Assembly: GCF_009914755.1 (NCBI RefSeq)
Contig: NC_060937.1
Reading direction: 5' to 3' (one strand)
Source of the DNA: the human T2T-CHM13v2.0 reference genome, Homo sapiens
Length of the DNA: 64,000 nt
Shown: positions 1 through 15,435 of the stretch, in pieces
Position numbering within the stretch: position 1 is the first letter of the stretch
Layout of the letters: each line of letters opens with the position of its first letter
Made by a program: the position numbers and the translations under genes
The notes under the pieces: generated by a model
What the model was told of the DNA's origin: nothing
The model's database searches: none
Seen by the model: the letters and a program-made list of their open reading frames with translations, nothing else

Positions 1-1916
1 TATATAAAATGTCAGAAAAAGAATTTAAAATAATGATCTTAAGGAGACTCAGGGAGATACAAGAGAATACAGACGGACAATTTAATGACATCAGAAAAAT
101 AACATTATTTGAGTGAGAAATTCAACAGAGATAGATATCATTAAAAAAGAATGAATCAGACATTTTACAACTGAGAATTCTATGAAGGAAATAAAAAATA
201 CAATCAACAGCTTCAACAACAGACCAGAACAAGCAGAACAAAGACTTTCTGAACTTGAAGGCATCCTTTGAAACAACAGGCAGACAAAGAAGAAGAAGAA
301 GAGAAGACAAAGAGGAAGAAGAAGAATTATTTACAAAATTTAAAAAATAAAGCCTACAGGATTTATGGGATACCATTAAGTGAATAAATATTTGCATTAT
401 GGGTGTTCCAGAAGAAGAAGAAAAGGAAAATATGTAGAAAATATATTTAATTTTAAAATAGCTGAAAGCTTCCCAAGTCTTGGGAGAGAGATGGACATCC
501 AGATTCGGGAAGCTCAAATGTCCCCACATAGATTTAACTCATAAAGGTCCTCTCCAAGACACACTTTAGTCAAATTGTCAAAAGTCAAAGACAAAGAATT
601 CTAAAAACAACAAAAGAAAGGCGTCAAGTCACATATATGGGACTCTCCACCAGACCAACACCAGATTTTTCAGAAGAAACTTTACAGACCAGGAGAGAAT
701 AGAATGACGTATTCAATGCACTGAAAGAAAAATACTGCTAGCCAAGAATATCATACCCAGCAAAGCTATTCTTCAGAGACGAAGAGAAACAAAGTCTTTC
801 AGAGAAGCATAAACTAATCATTAGACTTCTGTTACAAAAATGCTCAAGGGATATCTTACATCTGGAGGTGAAAAGACAATAACTACCATCATGAAAACAT
901 GCAAAGTTATAAAAATCAATGGCAGAGCTGACACATAAAGGAGAAAGAGAAAGGAATCAAACCTTTTCACTACAGAAAAATACCCAACAGCAAAAATAAA
1001 CAATAAGAAAGTAGATAAGGAACAAAGAGTATGCAAAACAACCAGAAAACAATCAATAAAATAAAATAAAATAGAAAAATCAATAAAATGAGTAAGCTCC
1101 CACCTATCAATAATTACCTTGGATGTATATGGGCTAAATTCTCCAATTAAAAGATAAAGACTGGCTGAATGAAATAAGTAAATAAATAAAATAAAATAAA
1201 AAACCTAACTATATACTGCCTAAGGAAACTCACCTCACCTGTAAAGATAGACATAGACTGAAAGTGAAAGGATGGAAAAAAAAATATTCCACAAAAACAG
1301 GAACCAAAAGCAAGCAGGAGTAGCTATACTTAGATAAAACAGATTTCAGGTCAAAGCTGCTAAAAGAGACAAAGAAGGATATTATGTAATAGTAAAGAGA
1401 TCAATTCATCAAGAAGATATAACAACTGTAAATTCATGCATCTAACACTGGAACACAAAGATATATAAAGCAAATGTTAGATCTGAAGGGAGAGATAGGC
1501 CCCCAATGTAATAATAGTTGAGGACTTCAACACCCTACTGTCAGCATTAGAAAGAGATCATGTAGACAGAAAATGAACAAAGAAACATAAGTTTTAAACT
1601 GCACCATAGAACAAATGGACCTAACAGACATTTATAGAATATTTCACCCAACAGTTGCAGAACTTTTTATAAGCACCTGGAACATTCTCCAGGATTGGCC
1701 ATATGTTAGTACACAAAACAAGTCTCAACAAATTTTAAAATCAAAATCATATTAGGTACCTTATCTGACCACAATGAAATAAAACTAGAAATAAATAATA
1801 GGGAAACTTTGGAAATTATACCAATAAAAAAAATTAAATGACATGCTCCTGAATAACCAGTGGGTAAAGGAAGAAATTAAGGAGAAAATTGCAAAATTCC
1901 TTGAAAAAAAAATTGA

Positions 1917-2263
<347 letters not shown>

Positions 2264-3768
2264 AAAAAAGCAGTTTTAAGAAGCAGGTTTATAGGAATAA
2301 ATTCCTACACTAAAGAAGTAGAAAGATTTCAAATAAACAAACTAATGATCTATCTCAAGGAAATAAGAAAGCAGAAACAAACCAAACCCAAAATTAGTAA
2401 CAGCAAAAGAATAATAAAGATTAAAGCAAAAATAAATGAATTTGAGACCCCCCCCCAAAATACAAAAGATCAAGTAAATAAAAAGTTACCTTTTCAAAAG
2501 ATAAACAAAATTGACAAACCACTCAGTGGACTATAAAAAAAGAAAGAAGACCCAAATACGTAAAATCAGAAGTCAAAAAGGAGACATCACAATGGATACT
2601 ACATAAATACAAAGGATCATTAGAGATTATTGTGAACAACCATATGCCAATAAATAAACAGACTAGAGGAAAGGATACATCCCCCGAAACATATACACTA
2701 CCAAGATTGATTCAAGAAGAAATAGAAAGCCTGAACAGACCAATAACAAGTAACCAGATTGAATCAGTAATAAGAGTCTACCACCAAAAAAAAAAAAAAA
2801 AAAAAAGGCCAGGACCAGATGACTTTACTGTTGAATTCTACCAAACTTTTAAAGAATAATTAATATCAATTCTTCTCAACCTATTTCAGAAAATTGAAGA
2901 GGATTAAATTCTTCCTAACTTATTCTATGAGGTCAGTATCACCATGGTACCAACACCAGACAAGGACACAACCAAAAACTATAGAACAATATCCCAGGTC
3001 AATATAGACACAAAAATTCTCAGCAAAATACCAGCAAAAAACACATCAAAAAGATTATTCACCATAATCAAATGGAATTTATTCCAGGGATGCAAAAATG
3101 ATTCAATGTACACAAATCAATAAATGTGACACGTCACATGAAGAGAATCAAGGACAAAAGCCATATAATCATCTCAATCGATGCTGAAAGCATTTCATAA
3201 AATTTAACCTTCCTTCATCATAAAATCTCTCAATAAGCTAGATATAGAAGGAAAGTACAGCAACACAATAAAGGCACAACTAATGTCAGAGCAAATGGGG
3301 GAAGGCTAAAAGCTTTTTCTCTAAGAATTGGAACAAGCAAGACAAAGATGCCCACTATGACAACTCTCAGTCAACATAGTACTAAAAGTCCTAACCAGAC
3401 CAATTAGACAAGAGAAAGAAATAAAGAGCATCTGCATTGGAAAAGAGGAAGTCAAATCATCTCTGCTTGCTGGCAACATGATCATATATAGATAAACCTA
3501 AAGACTCTCCAAAAACTCTCAGAACTGCCAAATTAATTCAGTAAAGTTGCAGGATACAAAATCAACATGAAAAAATCAGTAGCAGTTCTACACATAATGA
3601 GCTAGCTGAAAATGAACCAGGAGGGCAATCCTATTTATAATCACTTAAAATAAAATACCCAGGAACAAATTTAACCAAGGAGATGAAAGACCTCTATAAG
3701 GAAAACTATAAAACATGGATGAAATAAATTGAGGGGATACAAACAAATGAAGAGACATCCTACGCTCA

Positions 3769-4102
<334 letters not shown>

Positions 4103-4114
4103 GACCATACTACC

Positions 4115-4216
4115 TGTATTAGTCTGTTTTAACGCTGCTAATAAAGACATACCCGAGACTAGGAAGAAAAGGAGGTTTAATTGAGATTTGGGTGAAGACA
4201 CAGCCAAACCATATCA
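4115..4216 (-). mobile_element. Internally deleted THE1(A) solo LTR, 102 bp, both termini intact
   Basis: tgtattagtc...aaaccatatca termini. Perfect 5-bp TSD ctacc at 4110-4114 and 4217-4221. Confidence 0.88.
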
Positions 4217-5723
4217 CTACCCAAAGTAGTGATTACTCATGAAAGTAATCAGAGGAAAAGATGCATACAGTTGATGGATGAATTTATTTAAAATTTGGTG
4301 AGTCAAATTAAACAGGAAAACTATACTATATAGACATGATTCTCAAGAAATACAAGAGTTATTATGTTCCCTAGACTGCCCTTCACCATTCATAACTCTT
4401 TCCTGCTTCCCTAACCACTAGGGAAAAATCAGCACCTCTTGTTAGTCTGATCCAGGATACCAGCTTAAAGAATATCAGCCATATTTATAAAATTGCTGTT
4501 TCACACCTTACCAACAGCATGAAATAAACCTCAGTATAGGGTTTATGAAGACATGATTTATGCCCACAAAGTGTTAGATTTTTAAAAGGAGCAGATCGTA
4601 GCAAGATTTGTCCTAAATCTCAGTTTGGCTAAACTATAAACAGATTTTATTAGATATTTATTTAGATGCTCTGTACAGATTGCTTTGTTTAATTTTGAAA
4701 TTAAGTTTCCAGGTTTGCAGTGGAGCTTTAAATACTTGAATTCTAGAAAGGCAGCAGTTTTGAACCTTTGTACTTCTCTTTAAAAAAGCTAATTAGGAAA
4801 TTAAATCCAAAAGGACTGAATCCTTAAAATGTTGGCTTTGTAATGCTGATGGGAACAATTCAACTCACCTGCTATTTTGGTGCCATCTCCTGATTAGTCA
4901 TTGGAATGAGATATTCAAAGAAATTAAAAAAGATTAAAAAAATAATTTAGAAGCTCCACCACCTTTGTTAATATTAGAAACTTTATTGCTTGGAAAATTA
5001 AATCTGAACAGAGAAGTATTTTAGATTTTCTTATCACTCCTGGCTAAACATTTTCCTAATTTATTATGCGCTTGATCAGTTGGTAAACTATTGGGATAAT
5101 TCCTAGTCGTGGTGTCAGCTGGGGCTTGGGAGCCTGACCATTATCTCTGTGGGTGCCCTGGTGCCCTGTGGGCTCAAACCACAAACAGCTGGAGTCCACT
5201 GAGAAGAAAAGTACTAAAGCTTTTTCTACCTCCAAAGGTGTTTCCTGCTTACCAGGACTTGTAAGGCTCAGCGACATTCAGAATTCCTCTTTTCTTCAGC
5301 AGAAAGTTTCATTTACTGCTGTGACCCTCGACCTCTTCAAATGAGTTTAAAATACTTTCTTACACTGAGGTAATTTTTTGTCTTTTGCCTTAAATGTACC
5401 CAGGATCCTATGAAATCCTACCAATACACAGAGAGACCATGGTTTGTGTGGCCCAGATGACAGCTTCCTAAAACTCACCTGTCATCCTTTCCATTTAGAC
5501 TTCCTTTTTTCAAATACCAATTGTGTGAAGCATGTTTCTGGCTAATTTAATCTTCAAAAACAAAGAAACTGATTTTTTTTTTCCTTCAACACATACTTTT
5601 ACGGGCCTAACTTGTACCCGACCCTTTCATGGGCACAGATGAGAAAACACAGACTCAGATCCCGATGTGCTTACAGTTTAGCAGGAGAGACAGTTGTGTA
5701 AACAAGGAATTTAAATTATATAT

Positions 5724-6529
<806 letters not shown>

Positions 6530-6703
6530 ATGCCAAGAAAGAAGCAAACCAGGGGAAGAACAAGTAGGCCCATGAAGGAGGGAGGGCTGAATTCTGCCTC
6601 AAGGTTTGGGAGTCAGAGACAAGCCTGATCTTGAAATGTGAATGGCGTGTCTGCTAGTAGATGAAGATAGAGGAATAGAGGAGAAGAATGCACTCCTGAC
6701 CAC

Positions 6704-7228
6704 TGTTGCTAGTCTCCAAAGACTGTCACCATCAATTCCTGCCCTCTGTGTACGTGCATGACATTGTTCACATCAAGCGTCAGAGGATTTCCCCTGCCCC
6801 TGAATATGGGCTGATCTTACTGACTCACTTTTAATAGTAGAATGTGACAGAAATATGCCATGTGTCTTCCAAGGTTAGGTTAGAAAAGGCCATGCCACTT
6901 CTACCTAGTCTGCCTGGAATGCTTGCTCTGAGAATCTAGACTCCATGTTATGAGGAAGTCCAGGTTACATGGAGATGCCCTTGTGAGCCCCCAGCTCCCA
7001 GCCCATGTCCAGCAACAGTTGCCAGACATATGAATGAGGAAACCTTTGAGATGCCTCCAGTCCCAGCCACCAGCCGACAGCAACCTCATGAGAGAATACA
7101 AGCAAGAACGACCTAGATGCATTGAATCTCCACCACCATGAAGATAGGAGTCACAAAACATTGTGACTGTTGTTCTAAGCTGCAATGTTTTGGGGTGATT
7201 TTCCATACAGTAACAGATAACTAGAACA
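6704..7228 (+). mobile_element. MLT1 (G/H-like) MaLR LTR
   Basis: cccctgcccctgaatatgggctg...tagaatgtgacagaa core, with a 3' end tgttgttctaagctgcaatgttttggggtgattt...gataactagaaca. Confidence 0.75.
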
Positions 7229-8342
7229 CAGAAACAAGAGGAAGCCTATGTAACAGCACAGAGATGCTAAGCAACAGCTAGACCTTGGATGTTGCAGGTT
7301 CACTGAGATTGAGGAAGGCAATAGAAGGAAGGAATGGCCAAGCAGCAGGATCAGGGGCAGGATGTGGCTGATCACTGAGGCCATACCCAAGGGTGAGGAT
7401 CCTACCCTATGGGCAATACGGAAGCCATAGAAGACATCTTGTGGGGAGGGGAGGCTAAAATAATCAGATCTGAGGAAATCCCCCTGACAGCAGAGGGTAG
7501 AAGGTTTGGGAATGTAGAGAACACTGCCTTCATCCCAGCATCCTCATGGGGACACTGAACTAAGGCAAGCACAGTGAAGGTAAGGGGTGGAGAATAGAGA
7601 ATAGATTTAAACATGCTAAGAAAAACAATCTATTGGATTTGGTGACTGTCTGGATTTGGGATTGAGAGGAAGGAGGAACCAAAGAAATCTCATTCACTCA
7701 TAAACTCTGATGGAGGGCCTACTATTATTAAGTACCAATGTGCTTCTAGGCTTTGAGGATAAAGCCGTAAATAAGACATTCTGGGCCATCATGAGCTTAT
7801 ATTCTAGTGAGAAATAAAGATAATGAATGGATTTAAGGAAATTTAAGGCTTAATTAATTTCCAGTTTATACCCTTCCTATTAATCTGTCTCCTTATTTAT
7901 CATGCAGTATAGAGGAGACATGAACAACTTTCCATAAGGTAAAACAAATGCCTTAGTTTTGTATTCTGAAAATGATGGACTGACGCAGATTATTTAGCCT
8001 GAGAGTTCAGTTTCCAAGGGCTCGCTTTTCAATACTGTTAGACTGAACATGGAAATGCAGACATATGGGGTCAAAGGAGCGCCTTGGGCTATGTATTGTG
8101 TCTTTGGTACCAGAGACTAGTGGCAGAGAGTAAAAAGAAGAATAAAAAATATATTTCAGTCAGGGAGGAAGTGGTTCTCATTCATTTTTCTACAAACATT
8201 TGTTAATTCAACAAATATCCACTGTACTGACCACTAGGAACGCTAACGGTGAAAAAGAGAAAGAAAACCCCTCAGTTTATGGGGCTTACATTGCACTAGT
8301 GAAAACAGATACTAAACAGGTAAAGAAATAAATTAACACCAG

Positions 8343-8800
8343 TGCATTAACTTCCTATTGCTGCTGTCACAGATGACAACAAGCTGAGTGACTTAAAATA
8401 CCTTAAGAATATTTTCTTACAGTTCTGGAGGTCAGAAGTCTAAAAGAGCATCTTATGGGTTAAGTCAAGGTGTCAATGGCACAGTGTTCTGTCTGAGAAT
8501 CCATTTCCTTGCCTCTTCCATTTTCCAGAAGCCACGTGCCTTCATGGGATCCTGGCTCCCTTCCTGCCATGGCCCCACTCTGACCTGTGCTTCTGTGGGC
8601 ATAGCTCCTTCCAGGACTCTGATCTTCCTACCTTCCTCTTGCAAAGACTCCTGTTCCGCTCAGATAATCTAGGACAATCTTCATATCTCAATATCCTTAA
8701 TTTAAACACATCTGCAAAGTCTCTTTTGCCATGATGGGTTCTGGAGATTAGAATATGGACATTTGGTGGTAGGGGTGGGGTGGGGCAGGCATTATCCAGC
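8343..8800 (-). mobile_element. MLT1 (C/D-like) LTR
   Basis: acagttctggaggtcagaagtc...ttaatttaaacacatctgcaaagtc...ggagattagaatatggacat, the reverse of the MLT1 consensus. Confidence 0.8.
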
Positions 8801-8809
8801 TGATGGCAA

Positions 8810-10600
8810 TGAGGAAAGTAAAGCTGGGTAAGCAGATGGAAAGTGACCCTAGAGAGAGAAAAAAAAAATGATGTCAAGGAAGGGGTCTATAAGCCATGGT
8901 AGAGACTTGGGATTTTATTCTCAGTGTGTTGGGAAAACTTCAGAGAATCTACAACCCAAGTTGTAGCATGATTTAATTTACAGCTTTGAAGGTTCACTTC
9001 TGATGCAGTGTGGAGAATATTTTCAAAAAATTGTATTCCCAAGAGGAACAGAAAAAAGGGGCTGAAGGGCAATGTGTGGTCAAAGGAGGTGTTTTTGTTG
9101 CTGCTTTTTAATTTTTTTTTTACATTGGAGATATTTCAGCAAGTCTGTCTGCTGATGGGAATATAGCATACAGCAAAGAGGGGAAAGTGGATAACACAGG
9201 AATAAAAGGGGTTAAAAGTAGAAGTATAGTCCTTGGCTAAGCCAGAGCACAACAGGATCCAGTGTACAAGTGGAGGGGTTGATCTTGGTAGGAACAGAAA
9301 TCACTCTGCCTTTGTTAACAAGGGTGAAGGTGGAACAAGAGAGAACGGACATAGAGAGACCAGTGTATTCTACCTATTCCCCTGATGGAATATAAAATAA
9401 GGGTATTGCTGTGTGTGTGTTTGGTTGTGGGGTGTTGATGATTACAAGAGAGAGGAATAAGTGTGAAATATTTATTTAAGAGAGTGGGAGAATGTGTTGA
9501 CATGGGAAATGTTGCAGATTTCCTGAGCAATGTGGAAATCACCTTGAGGATTGTAGTCATTAGTTTAAAACCAGCAGGGTTGTGTGCCTGTTTTTTCTCA
9601 GCCATGATCAGCTGCTTGGGAGCAGTAATGGAGAGTGTGAAATGTTAGATTTAATCAGGATCGGGATTTTAAATGTGAACATGATGGAGAGAGAAGGGGA
9701 GAAGTGATTCATGGGTCAATGCAAGGGAGCAATTATAAGTATGGACTACAGAGTCTAAGTTGGGTAAAGAATGGAAGTGAGAACATGGGCAGTGATAGAA
9801 AGTAAAAAGAGGTAGAGCCAATGGATAGAAAATCCCAATGCAGTAAAACCAAACCAAACCAAACCAAACCAAACCATTGGTATGAAAGTATTAGAGCAAG
9901 TGAGCTAGAAAAATAGGAGGTGGTGATCAAAGTGGGATGCCTTAAACTGAGATTTTTGGAGATGTTTGTGTTGGTAACAAAGCATACCATGGGTTTGGAT
10001 AGCTAAGGTGCAATGGAAGATAAAGTCATTGAAGGCAAGGACAAGGTGGACAAATTATCTACATAGATATTAAAGACACAAAGAATGATAACAGGGTAGT
10101 GATAGGGAAATTTCCAGTAAGCCAAGTCTAAGTTCTTCAACTAATAAAGGTAGAAAACTGGAAGGATAGTAAGTGATTATTAAAAGGAGGAGTATCAAGT
10201 ACTATAGTTAGAGACATTTGTAGGGGAGAGGAGCAGGGAGAATAATAGTCTAGAAGTGATGATGAACATGTGGTACATGGGATGGTGGGAGAAAAATAGG
10301 CATCATTTGATAGAGTTAAGATGGGAAGCACTGTCCCAAGGGAAAGTCAGATATCTGCAAGGGAAAAACGAAAGGAACATTGAGGTTGAGGATTTAGGAG
10401 ATTTTGCTGATGACACTCTGTGAGTTCCAGAGAACCCAGCTGCAAGGTCTAGGTGCTCAGGGAGGAGTAGGGGCTTGGGTCAGAAGAGGGCTGCATGGAG
10501 CCATTATAGGGATAGCTCCTTGGGTGGGTTGTGGGGTTTTTTTTGTGGTGGAAACTGAGGTAGGAAGTAATGTAGGGCATCAGGGGATTAATCCTGATGT
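8810..10600 (-). mobile_element. Degenerate L2 fragments
   Basis: Long purine-rich stretch with L2-like motifs (gacttgggattttattctcagtg, gcagtgtggagaat). Boundaries approximate. Confidence 0.55.
9846..9875 (+). repeat. (AAACC)6 microsatellite
   Basis: Six perfect units. Confidence 0.95.
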
Positions 10601-10607
10601 CCTGTTA

Positions 10608-10801
10608 GAGCACAGCCTACAAACATTTTCTGTAAAGAGCCTGATTATAAACACTTTAGCTTTGTGATCATACGGTCCCTGTTATGAACACTCAGTTCTG
10701 CCACCGTAGAGCAAAAGCAGCCCTAGATAATACATAAATGAATGGGTGTGGCTGAGTCCCAATAAAACTTTATTTGGAAAATTAACCAGTTTGCGGACCC
10801 C
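10608..10801 (+). mobile_element. MER58A hAT-Charlie DNA transposon
   Basis: caaacattttctgtaaagagcc...aaaagcagccctagataatacataaatgaatgggtgtggctg...ccaataaaactttattt...gtttgcggaccc. Confidence 0.8.
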
Positions 10802-11869
10802 ACCTTAGATGAAACTGGCTAATCAGTTCTGGGGACTGTTATCTTAGGCAATTGCAGGGATAAAGCGAGTGAAGCAGTTTGGAGCAGGATGGCTAAAGTA
10901 CTCATCAGGAGTACCTGTCATGCCAGGGCCCCTCATCCTGCAGTTGAGTGGGCCCTCAGTGCTGCTGTCAGTAGCATTTGGATCTCTATAGGCCGCTCAA
11001 ATCCTGTTGTGGCCTCCTGGGTTTCAGCTGGAAAAACTGGTGAATGGTGGGGTCATTCTGCAAGACACAAATGATGAGGGAGGGCCATTGAGGGTCAGGA
11101 GATAGAGGATTAATTTCGTTTACAACATTGATTTTGAAGTGTCTGTGAGACATCCAAGTAGGAATGACCAGGAGCGAGTTGGATTGGGATTTTTTGCTGG
11201 GAAGATGTCTAGACATATCTAGGTATCTAGATGTCTCAGTGCCTAGATCTCTAGGTGGGACATAGGTCTGTGTCTAGATGTCTAGATGCCTAGGTGGGTG
11301 AAGGTGTTGTCCATGGATAGGGGAATAGAAGCTTCACTCTGGTTCCAGTTGGAGCTGATCTCCCTGGGAACAACATTTAATAGGTAGGCAGAGAGATTCA
11401 GATACAGAAATCTTCACTGAGTCTTTAGGTTTAAAATCAATCTTATGTTTTCCAAATTCCAGCCCCCTCTTGTGCTGGGTGAGTCCTGAGATTCTGGAAA
11501 GTATGAGACGGAAAGTTTCCAGCATGCACATATCAGATAAATATACGATTTGCTTGAGGTTGTATTACCACAAATTGAGTGCATGAAGAAAATCTTGAGT
11601 TTTCTGAAACTTTTCAGTAAAGCAAGACTGATTCATGAGTCATGCATTGATCCTCCTTCTTCTTTTTTGATGGTTCATTTTTCTGCCCATCTTCACCTCT
11701 GTAAAAGAACAAAAAGGTGAAATAAAGAGATGATATGTAAATTATTTGACATTACCACCAATTAACAGCTTCCATCCAGGGAAGGACTGGAAGCTGTTGT
11801 GTAAGTGGATGTTTTCAGGTTGTCTCTAAATGTGCCTTGGGAAGTCAGAAAGTCAATTAGGTAGTGGAA

Positions 11870-12120
11870 AAATGATTTGCTCTTGGAATCAGAAGACTTG
11901 CATTTGAGAGGTGGTTTTCGCCCAAACAGAAAGCATGACCTTGGGCACCTCACTTAACTTCTCTGCATCCCAGTAGTCTCACTTGTAAAACACCAACCAT
12001 GAGCCAAGTGTAGGCCAGAGACCTTATATACTCCTTGTTTCACTTAATAATTCCTACCTAAAAAAGGATGCTGTGAGAGTCAAATGAGAAAATGGACATA
12101 AAAGCACTGCGAAAACCACA
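11870..12120 (+). mobile_element. MIR
   Basis: ttggaatcagaagact...tgaccttgggcacctcacttaacttctctg...tgtaaaa core. Confidence 0.65.
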
Positions 12121-13113
12121 AAGCAATATATCAGCATAGGTCGTTGTATACCAGTAGTCATTGTTTTCAGTGGCCCTAATTGCCTTAAAAATAATGGACT
12201 AGATTTGCCCATGCCCAAAGGCCTAATTTTTGGCTCGGTTTTCTTTTTGTGCTGCTGTATTTTTGTAAGTTAAGAAACCAAATCAGCAACGTGTCCTTTG
12301 TATTTTATAGTAAAATCGCCAAACTCAGAAAAGGGAAGATAAAATTCCAAAATGCTTAGGTGACACAAGCCGCAATCCTCTTATAAAATTTCTGTGACTT
12401 TCTTAAACTCACAGTCTGCTGCTGTTTCTAAAGCTCCCCTAGCAAAGTAAAGGGTTTGAAAGAGGAATCCATGGGGGTGCTCTTTTCTGGATTGAGGAGG
12501 CACTGCCATTAGACGATGATGGCATTCTTGCATTATAATTTACACCTGCATTTCATGCACTTTATTCACTGCCAATAATTATTGAATAATTACTGTGTTC
12601 TCCTACTGAGGTCTCTCTTTGTACTCCCACTTCTTCCTAGGGTTTCAGCTAGATTGTTGCCTTTTGAAAGTTTCTTTCCTTCTGAAATGAAGGCAGGTGG
12701 TTTATAATTCTTATTTTTGAGCCAAGCATTTAAATCCGAAAGCTGTGTACCCAGTAGCCTGTCCTGTCTCCCTGGTTTCTGCATGCACTGTTTGCTGGAA
12801 GGAGAACAGGAAGTGGTTTGTCCTAGAAAGTCACTTTTGCTTAAAGACCTTAAAATTCATGTGTTTGTGACTCCCATGTTACCTATTTTCATGGAGCAGC
12901 TTCCAAATTTGCTAAGCTGATTTGAATTGAGATAAATTAGATCATTTGCAGCCCAACTTGCCTGCCAAATTCAAATTGGCACTTGAACCACTTTATCTAT
13001 GTTTGGGGTTTGTTGGAAGACAAAATAATCAAGACTTAGCTACATTGAAGGAGTTTGTTTTATTTTCCTGTGTGAGAAAACAAGCTAATTCTTGCCTTTT
13101 TTTCCCCTTCTCT

Positions 13114-13115
<2 letters not shown>

Positions 13116-13149
<34 letters not shown>
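13116..13149 (+). repeat. A34 homopolymer
   Basis: Pure run with no recognisable retroelement body upstream. Confidence 0.95.
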
Positions 13150-13151
<2 letters not shown>

Positions 13152-14539
13152 CCTCAATTACCTAGTTAGTCTGTCTTAGTATCCATTCTCTAGGTCAGAA
13201 GAATAAACCTAAAGTACAAGACATAATCTGATTGCTTTACCTAGGTGATCTTCTGACTATAAGATCATTCTGGTGCCACGGCACCCAAGGAAAATTTTGT
13301 TAAGACTGGAATCTTTACTCATTATTGCTTTCCATTTAAAATGTATAATTAATCACAGAAGAAACTTAAATTTCTGTCACTCCTGGAAGAGTGCTTATTC
13401 TGAATCCCAAAGTGTTTATTTTGTCACATACTTTATAACCACAACAAACCTCAATAAATGGTTGAATAACAAAGCCTTCTTTAAGCCTGATTATTGGAAT
13501 AGAGACAAAATCCATTCTGGAGCCCAAAACCTTGCAAACAGTATCAGGCTGCTTTCTGTTTTTACTCAACCTTAGAAGTTGCACCCAAAATGACCTAGCC
13601 CTAGTATTACAGAACAATTAAATACACAGTATTATTATAAGGCAAGCGTTATTGAATAAATGCAGATGTTGCTGAAATTGGCGGTATAATGTAACACACA
13701 GCACTGGCTTGAGAAAAGTGTTTTACACCCATTTCTTAGTCCTCAAATAAGTTCTCCATGAAGTTGGTGGGCAGAAGGCAGGGAATAATATGATCCTTTG
13801 CATTATAGCAAAGGAACTGAGCGACTTGAAATTGGTTTGGAGATCTAAACTAGACATTCAGAATATCATTTCGTTCCCAGGGGCCTCCTCAGTATGAGAA
13901 GTTTCCAAATGATTTTCTCATAAGAAAACGGATGATGATAGTCACAAGAATGTCTGAAACTTCATTTTGTTGTGTCGTAAATAACATATTCCTTGAATTA
14001 TATCCCTTTATAGTACATATGTCACCTCACCCAGCTATCTCCATTGTGAAAAACTCAGATTTGGGAGAGGACAGACTGGCATTCCCTGATGTCCCTATTG
14101 TTATAAAATGTTTGATAAAGCTGAAGTCTGCCTCCAAGTATTTTTTAGACATTGGTCAATTTATTCATTTAATAAATTATTACTGAACATCTGCCACCTG
14201 CTAGACACTGCACTAGGTCCTGATAATAAAACAAGCAAAGCACAGTCTCTGCCCTCCTTTGACACCTCTGCAGCTGCTGAAAGTAAAATTAGAATCAAAA
14301 GCCAAGAGATGAGATTCATTAGACATAGAAATGACTGACCTCAAAAAATAATCTGTACAGGTTGGCTGAGAAAATGTTAAGACACATAACTGATAAACAA
14401 TTATGCATGTGTTAAATTGGAGCTATTATCTAATCCAGATACAATGAATAGACATGTGGAAATAATGAACTGAATTCACTCCCTCATATATCACATATAT
14501 TGTATGTGTACCTTTCCCTGCCCTCACAGAACTTATAGC

Positions 14540-15435
14540 ACTGATTTACCAGTTTCTCTCTGTCTTTCCCAGCTGTGAAAATGTCACCACATCGATTCAA
14601 TTGCCTAAACCTAATTGTAGGAGTCATCTTTCATTCTTCTTCTTCCCTCAACCTTAACCGCTTACCCTCACTCCTGGTCCTCTCAGCCCTACACACACAA
14701 TCCAGTAAGAAATTTTGCCCACTCCAAAACACACCGTGAATCTTCCCTTTTTTCACAGTCTCTACAACCACTTCTCTGGCCTAGCACTATCGTCTCTCAC
14801 ATGGCCCGCTGGGATAAAGTCCTGACTGGTCCCCCTGCTTCCGTCCTTCTCGTCCAAGCCCAACACACACACATCCCTTCCTGACTCAGCATCCGGAGTG
14901 AAATTCTCTTAAAAGATAAACCAGAGTGTGCCACTTACCAGCATCAAGCGGCTTCCCGTGCATTTGGGATCAAATCCAAGCTCCTCTTCCTGACCTATGT
15001 GATGTAGCCCCTATTTTTCTCTCCCAGCTCAACTCCTGCTATTGTTGCCTTCATCCAGACACGCTGGCCTTTCTGTGCCTCCCATTCACTTACTTCCTTC
15101 CCAACTTTGGGCCTTTGTACAGGCTGGTCCTTCTGATCTTCACAGAGCTGGTTTCCTCATCATTCGGATCACAAAGAAGGGTCACCTCCTCAGACACCTT
15201 CTTTGACCTTCCACTCAATTTCACGTCACTACCACTGTAATTTTCCGCATACCACTTATCAAAGTCTGTGATTTACCCTCCTTTTTTGGCTTATTTGATT
15301 CTTGTTTGTCTACTACCACTAGAACAGAAACTCTGTGTCTATCTTGTCTGCTACTGTATCCCTGGGGCCTAGAATTTTGCCTGACATGCATTTGATGCTT
15401 AATAAATATATGTGGAATGAATGGATGAATGATGA
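14540..15435 (+). mobile_element. L2 3' portion
   Basis: Pyrimidine-rich L2 body ending ctgtatccctggggcctagaa...cttaataaatatatgtggaatgaatggatgaatga, the L2 tail. Confidence 0.75.

Noticed and set aside
2345-2859. ORF2-like peptides
   Set aside because: Remnants of a dead L1 and not an intact CDS.
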